Positions 57,901 to 64,000 of a stretch of 64,000 nucleotides of DNA are shown here, one piece after another (position 1 is the first letter of the stretch; every line of letters starts with the position of its first letter). A model generated the notes under the pieces. It did not search any database. It saw only the letters and a program-made list of their open reading frames with translations, and was not told where the DNA came from. The position numbers were made by a program, and so were the translations under genes. The DNA is from Rebecca billardiae RCC1528 (lineage: Eukaryota; Protista; Haptophyta), in the NCBI GenBank assembly GCA_965240325.2, contig OZ251244.1, forward strand, positions 620,001 through 684,000, in the 5' to 3' direction.

Positions 57901-58397
57901 CCTGCCATCTCGTCGCTCATCGCGTCTGGCGAGCGGATGGCGTCGACGAAGACGTCGACGGCGCCGGCATCGACGAGCTGCTTGTGCCCGTTGAGGCAGG
58001 CGATGTTCGTCAGCGCCGAGACCGCGAGCACCAGCGTACGGCTCGAGTAGGGCTCGTTTCTCTTCCGGTGGACCTTGATCACGCGCACGAGCAGAGTGGC
58101 CACCTTCTCGGCCGCGCACAGCTCGCGCGCGCGGACGATGTTGCTCTCGCCGCTCACCTTCGCGAGGATGAAGGAGAGCTCGTACACGGGCTTCCGGTTG
58201 TGCACAGTGCCTGGCGGTGCGTCCAGCTGCGACGCGATCCCGCGCGCAAATCTCGGGATCTCGCCGAGTGAAGACTCGACGCGCTTCGCATCTTCGGCGC
58301 TCAGCGCGGTGGAGGCGTGCTCGCGCGCGCCATTGAGGAGGCCCATGAGCATGCTGGCCTGCGCCAGGTGCTCGGCCTCGCCCGACGCGCCCTCCAT
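54944..58397 (-). CDS. ARM-like repeats + IQ motifs + coiled-coil protein, 2 exons (58397-57861, 57649-54944)
   Basis: AVSALTNIA..LVDAGAVDVFV..AIAGVRNLS and YAATALRH (ARM-like). AARVVQRRYR, ILAIQRAAR and AARRLQGAVR (IQ-like). Long heptad region. Confidence 0.8.
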
Positions 58398-58546
58398 GTG
58401 GCCCGCCCGTCGGATGCTCTCCCTGGTCCCCGGGGCGGCCTGCACGCACCGGCCTTGTAATACCCGCCCATCAACACCTGTACTCGTAACGGAATTTGGA
58501 CAGTACCCCCATACTGTACAGTATTGTACAGGGGCACTACTGTACG

Positions 58547-59110
58547 ATGGCAGCAACAACCTTCGTGCGTGTCGCCGACGCGCACGAGCTCGCCCGGCCG
58601 GGCTCACGCAAACACGTTGAGGTGCGCGAGCGCTTCGTCTCGCTCATCCGAGGGCGCGACGGCGTGCTCCACTGCCTCGACGCCGTGTGCTACCACGCGG
58701 GCGGCCCACTGACCGTTGGCGACATCGAGGAGGTGAACGGCTCGGAGTGCGTCAAGTGCCCGTGGCACGACTACCCCGTGCGGCTCGCCGATGGGGGCAA
58801 GCCGTACAAGCCGATGGACTTCGAGGGGGGCAAACTCGTGCCCAAGGGCTGGGCCGTCAGCGAGCGCCGACAGCGCGTGCACGAGGTCGCTGAGCGCCCA
58901 GACGGCTTGTACGTGCGGCTGACGTCCGAGGTGCGCGTGGACCGGCACGCCGAGGACGCCGAGTTCGAGAGCGACAAGTGGGCGTACAACGAGTCGGCGG
59001 CGGCCAACGTCTTTCGCCACGGCGTGCGCCAGGCGGGCGCGGCCGGCTCGGACGGCAAGCTGGTGCGCATGCGCAACGATCGCGGAGCAGGCAGCAGCAG
59101 ATCGGACTGA
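58547..59110 (+). CDS. Rieske [2Fe-2S] domain protein (RFESD-like)
   Basis: DAVCYHAGGPL..GDIEE...CVKCPWH (CxH / CxxH ligands). Confidence 0.9.
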   Translation: MAATTFVRVADAHELARPGSRKHVEVRERFVSLIRGRDGVLHCLDAVCYHAGGPLTVGDIEEVNGSECVKCPWHDYPVRLADGGKPYKPMDFEGGKLVPKGWAVSERRQRVHEVAERPDGLYVRLTSEVRVDRHAEDAEFESDKWAYNESAAANVFRHGVRQAGAAGSDGKLVRMRNDRGAGSSRSD

Positions 59111-60389
59111 TGTAGTGATGATGACGGCGCTACCAAGCAGTAATACTAACTACTAACTAATACTACGCGGCTGCTACTCTCACTCTGTCTCTGCCGTCTG
59201 CGCCTAGCTCAAGCGCTGCTAGCAGAATAAACGACGAGCAGAATAACTATATATGGCGGGCCGTAGGTCCGCCCCTTGTAGTGCCCGGGAAAAAGATAAG
59301 AATAAGAAAAAGAAATCAAGAAAATCGCGCCTCGCAAAGAAAAGAACTACCGGGCGGGCGCCCTCGCAGCTCCCACTGGGGACGCTCGGCCGAAAAGACA
59401 GTACCGGGTGGCGCGGAGCGCGTGGGCCGCGCGCGCCAAATCCAACGCTGGCGCGGACATCGTGCGATGATTCCCGAGACGGGTTTTCGCCCGATTCGCG
59501 ATTGCTGCCCTCGTCGTCTCGCGTGCAGGTCAAACGAGGGCTAAAGTCGACGCGTTTGGAGCGGTACGCTCGGCGCGTCGACACGATCGTGCGACCTGGG
59601 GCGGTCCTCGCCCGACTTGCACATCGAGCGCTGGCACGGGCCATAGCATCAAGCGCTGCGCACGACAACCACCTCGCGTGATCCACCGCCGCGCGTCGGG
59701 CTCGGTGCGGAAAGGCCCTCATCACGAGGTGTCTCGCGGGCGGGAAGCGCCATCGCACGCGACGCAAGATTTGGCGCGGCCTTGAACTCGATCGCCGGAA
59801 TCCGCGCGCCGGACTGTCTGTCGCGGTCCCTCAGCCGAAGCCCACGTCCGGCCTGCATGGCGTCGACGGTGACCAATGCGACGGAAGCGCAGCGCCAACG
59901 GCGTACGACGCGCAGCGGACGCACCTCCCGGGTCTGTCGCCGTGGCAGCAACCGCGTCTTCGCGAGTTGGCGACCCTCGCCGCAGCGCGACACAGACAAG
60001 CCCGTGATGCCATCCGCAGAGAGATGAATCGTCGAGCATTAAATATCGACGCGCCATCCTCGTCCATGGCGCAGGCGCTGCGGGACGAGGCGGACGTCGT
60101 CACGCCGGTGACGGATGCGCTGCGATTCGTGTGCCTGTTTGAGCAGCTCGTGCCCACTCTCAATCGCGAGTGGCACACGCTGTCGCTGTGCGCGCGCGCG
60201 CGCACAACTAACAGCTCCTCGTGCCGCCAAACACGCGGGCGCCAGACCTGTCGAAGAGGCGAAGAGCGACGACCGCGTGAACGTCAACGCGCTCGTGCTC
60301 AGCGTGGTGACCGTGTACGATGTCAACGCGACCTGCGCCGAGCCCATCATGCCCGGAGCGGACATCGGCAAGCGTCCTCGCGACGACCG

Positions 60390-60640
60390 CTCTCGGCTGG
60401 CGGCAGGAGGACATGCACACGATCTACTCTGGCGGCTTCGTCGGCGGCGAGGCGCTCGATTACGCCATCGCGGTCGAGATGCGGCACATACAGCGCGTAG
60501 CCGCGCTCGCGCGGAGCAACGGGCTACCCGCCCCGCCCCGCGTGCTGCACATTCCCTCGTGGGTGTGGGCCTCGCTGATGCGCGCGAACGCGTACCGCAC
60601 GTTAGGGAGAACTAGTCACAGGTGTCACTGGTCCGACTGT
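60390..60640 (+). pseudogene. Possible Ulp1-like (peptidase C48) fragment within a degenerate transposon-like region (about 59250-62500)
   Basis: EDMHTIYSGGFVGGEALDYAI...RVLHIPSWVWASLM resembles the Ulp1 N-terminal DLxxLxxxxWLNDxVI...HxFxSFFYxxL pattern; surrounding frames are broken. Confidence 0.35.
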
Positions 60641-62502
60641 CCGTCACCCACGGCCACGTGCGAATGCTGTGGAAATACGCGAAACCGCAGAGGAAACATT
60701 GCGACAGCACTGGCACGGCCCGCCGACCCCCCCCGCCCGCCAGGGCACAGCTTGTGGACCGTCGGGGTGATGTGTGAGCAGGATGCTGGCACGCCCTGTC
60801 GCCTGCAACCGTCGACGGCCGTCCTCCACCTGCACCTCGCAGCCTGCACCTCGCGACGGTGCGGCCGATGACCGATCTGTAACGCTCGACGATTGATCCG
60901 ACGGCTCGACGAGTGATCGAGTGATCCGCACGACGGGCGTCGCCTGCAACTGATCACGGCCGCTCTCGCCTGCCCGGTGCTCAGGATGCGCACGCTTGAT
61001 GCGTGTCCTGCGCGGTTGTCACCTGCCCCGGCGGTTGCAACTCTCTACATCTCTCCGGAAGGAGTGGCGCGCCGGTCCACGTTGCGGCGGCGTTGCTCGA
61101 CTGGATCTAGCTGCGCACCGGGCCTCGCCTGCAACTGTTTTGATGCGTGCCGTGTCACCTGCGCGGCCTGGCACCTGGCTGCCTGCCCCTGCTGCTGCAA
61201 CTCTCGGCGGCGGCGCGCAGATCAGTGTTGCTCGACTGGATCTGCGCCCCGGGCCTCGACCTGCAGCTGTTTATTATTTTTTACGGCCGTCCACCAGCCC
61301 TACACGGTCCGAGGCTCACAGTAGACAGTCGGGGCGCGCGCTTGATGCGTGCCCTGCGCAGTTGTCAACGCACGGGCTCAGGCTGCACCCGCCCCAGCGT
61401 CCGCAGCACTCAGCGGGACCGTGGCACCGCAGCTGCCTTGACGACGAATGACGACCAGCTGTCTTGACGCCGGCTGCCAGCTGACCAGTAACCAATCTCA
61501 GGACTACGGTTCGTTTTAAATAGTCCCGCTCATCACATGTTTAAGCCGCCTGCTCCCGACATTGTTCGCCATATCAGCGCAGCAAAGCAGCGGCGCGCCA
61601 CCATACTAGGGGCGTACTTGGCCCACTCCACTGCCGTGCACATGAGGTGCGCCCGGACCCAATTGCTCGAGTCCTCGCAAATAGGCGTGGCTGTGCATCC
61701 TGGGTTGACGTTTGGTACCCGGCGGCCGGCGAGCCCGACTGGCGGCGAGCAGACCTGCCTGCGTGCCGCCGGCTGTCGGCAGCCTCCGGCCGCTGAGCCG
61801 CGCGCCGCGCGGTGCGTGTGCGACGTAGCTCCGCCCACGCCACGCATGCACCCTCGCGCCGCGCCGCCAGCTTGGCGCTGCCGTCAGCCAGAGCCGATCG
61901 AGTGCATTCCCGAGCCTGCTCTGAGAGCATCAATATGGGCTGCGCGTGGCTGCGCGTGCACTTTCGTCGCCTAATTTTGCCAGCGTCGAGTTGGCGCGTG
62001 GCACGCCCACCGTAGCAGTACGACTGCCGAATGCACAAAAGCCGGGGGTCAGCTGAATTAATGCAGCTCACACGACCGCGCTCCACGCCGAAAACCAGCC
62101 CGTAGCTGCCCGCCGGCTGGCTCGTGCATGCGCACCGACTGCCGGGCGCATCGACACCGTGGCGCACAGAGCGCGGGTGCCGCGGCCGGGTGGGTATGTA
62201 CTGACGCGGCTGGGCCTGATGGTGCATGCGCGGGCGGATGGGCTCTGCCCGGGTCGGCGCGTAGCGGGCGTGCGGGCTGAGACAAAGTCGTGCCGGCTGC
62301 AGCCGGCAACTAAATTTGTGGGTCCCTTTAATAAACAAGTCCTGGTCACAGGCACGTGCGCACGGGCCAAGCGGGCCGTGCACGGGCGTCGTCTGCGGCG
62401 AGTGCCGAGTCTGCAGCGCTGTCCGCACCGCTATAATACGCGAACGTCTGAAGGTGGTCGTGAAGCTGCGCCAGCATGTATGCAGCGGCGGCTGCAACTC
62501 AC

Positions 62503-62573
62503 TCTCTAGTAAACTGTAAGAATAACTGAATACGGGACGCCCGCAGCTCAAGGCGGGCGAGATTGACGCCCGC
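62503..62573. repeat. Two degenerate fragments of the CAGTTTACTAAG terminal repeat just upstream of the fucosyltransferase ATG
   Basis: ctagtaaactgta (+) and cagctcaaggcgggcgagattgacgcccgc (-). Confidence 0.7.
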
Positions 62574-62586
62574 AGAACTGTTCAGC

Positions 62587-63999
62587 ATGGTGGCAAAGTC
62601 CATCCCGATCGCGCGCCGCTGCTCATCACTTGTCTACTACTACGCACTCGTCGCGCTCGCCCTCGCGCGTCGCAACGATGGGATCGTTTTCCCCACGTTT
62701 GCAGCTGATGCAGCCGTCCATGCGCTCGTAGTCGATCCGCCGCGCGTGAGCGAGCGCGGCCTGCGCGCCATCGCAAGGCACGCCACCGCGCTGCGCAGTG
62801 TCATGCGCGAGCGCGAGCGCTGGCGGAGCGACACTGTGACGGTTGCAGCCGAGCATGCGCCGCTGCATGGGGTGTTCAACCCGCAGGGCAACGAGACCGA
62901 GCTCAGAGTCGAGTGCGACATGGGCTGCGTGTGGATGCGCCGCGTTGGCTCTGACACCGGAGCCAACGGAGCCAACGCGACGGCCTTCTCCCTCGACAAG
63001 CCGTACAAGCCGGGCAAGCTCGAGCTCGTTCGGCGAAGCGCCCAGCGCGTGATCGTCACGACCATGGAGAACCGCGCCGGGCATGCGGAGACGAGGACGC
63101 TCGCGCAGCAAGGCCGCCTGGGCGAGCGCGTCTTCGCGCCGCGCGACATCCTCGTCTCACATGAGCTGGACGCGACGGTGCCGATCGTCAATTACATGGG
63201 CTCGCTGCTGAGCCAGTTGCGGGACCTGGCGCAGCAGCAGCCGTTACCGGGCGCCGAGGCCGGGGCTCAGCCGACGGAGCGGCCGGGGGCGCGGGCGCCT
63301 CTCGGCGTGAGCGGCCTGCCGCTCGAGGACCCGCAGCGCAAGCGGCGCGACGCCGCCGTCGCCGCGTTCATCTCCAACTGCAACCCGGCCGGCAGCGTGC
63401 CCGGCGCGGGTCGACTCGACGTGCTGCGCGCGCTGGGCTCTCACGGCGTGCCCGTGCACCAGTACGGCCGGTGCGAGCACACCCAGGGCCTCGCCGCGGC
63501 CGACAGGCGAGCGCACCGCCGCTCGACCGTCCGCTGGAGCGGCAAGGCGCTCCGCGCAGCCGACTACCGCTTCTTTGCCGCGCTCGAGAATTCGCAGACG
63601 CTCGACTACGTCACAGAGAAGGTGTTCGATGCGCTCACGTTGGGCGCGGTGCCGCTGTACCTCGGTGCACCCAACGTGCACGACCTGCTGCCGTGCGAGC
63701 CGCCGGAGCGCTGCGTGATCGAAGTCAGCCGCTTCGTCGACGGCAACGGCGGCTTCGACGCGCCCCAGCTGGCAGCGCACCTGCAGCACCTCGCGGCCAA
63801 CGACACAGCGTACCTCGAGTACCACAGCTGGCGCGCCAAGCCGCTCCCGCAGCGCGTGCTCGACCTGGTCGAGATCCACCGCCACAAGGTAGGATGCCGC
63901 GTATGCCACTGCATCGCAGGCCGACTGCCTGGCTGTGATGGCCAGACCACAACCCCGGTCGGGAAGGTTGTGGGTGTCATCACGAGTTGGACTCGGTGA
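62587..63999 (+). CDS. Alpha-1,3/4-fucosyltransferase (GT10 family)
   Basis: AAFISNC and YRFFAALENSQTLDYVTEKVFDALTLGAVPLYLGAPN (GT10 signature); N-terminal anchor; TGA at 63997-63999. Confidence 0.92.
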   Translation: MVAKSIPIARRCSSLVYYYALVALALARRNDGIVFPTFAADAAVHALVVDPPRVSERGLRAIARHATALRSVMRERERWRSDTVTVAAEHAPLHGVFNPQGNETELRVECDMGCVWMRRVGSDTGANGANATAFSLDKPYKPGKLELVRRSAQRVIVTTMENRAGHAETRTLAQQGRLGERVFAPRDILVSHELDATVPIVNYMGSLLSQLRDLAQQQPLPGAEAGAQPTERPGARAPLGVSGLPLEDPQRKRRDAAVAAFISNCNPAGSVPGAGRLDVLRALGSHGVPVHQYGRCEHTQGLAAADRRAHRRSTVRWSGKALRAADYRFFAALENSQTLDYVTEKVFDALTLGAVPLYLGAPNVHDLLPCEPPERCVIEVSRFVDGNGGFDAPQLAAHLQHLAANDTAYLEYHSWRAKPLPQRVLDLVEIHRHKVGCRVCHCIAGRLPGCDGQTTTPVGKVVGVITSWTR

Positions 64000-64000
64000 C

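Overview
Very GC-rich eukaryotic genomic DNA. Short GC-rich GT-AG introns (mostly GTGCGC/GTGTGC donors) and the gene content suggest a haptophyte-like alga; this is an inference, not an identification. About 18 host genes can be read. They include three paralogous DxD glycosyltransferase-like genes, an ABHD/YheT esterase, an HxxxD acyltransferase, an ARM+BTB protein, a multi-TM protein with a TIR/HET-like domain, a RINGv E3 ligase and a 6-exon Venus-flytrap/Cys-rich/multi-TM receptor. Also present are a CTL choline transporter, a sulfotransferase, a ferric reductase, a 58-aa three-exon microprotein missed by the ORF track, an ARM/IQ/coiled-coil protein, a Rieske protein and a GT10 fucosyltransferase. 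The intergenic space holds a structured set of mobile elements. (1) A three-level nest: a Tc1/mariner-like element is split by a 9.4-kb foldback element (25537-34932) whose arms each carry about 26 CRISPR-looking palindromes. The foldback is itself interrupted by a 2.4-kb AT-TSD element (26253-28658) carrying an Exo1/XPG-type nuclease N-terminus. (2) Two Helentron-like elements share ends but have unrelated cargo; one carries a frameshifted HTH + USP deubiquitinase. (3) A CpG-depleted MITE, about 11 copies of a TA|CAGTTTACTAAG terminal repeat often next to gene ends, and a 0.4-kb-arm inverted repeat at the 5' end of the ARM-BTB gene. All family assignments come from motif recognition by eye; no searches were run.
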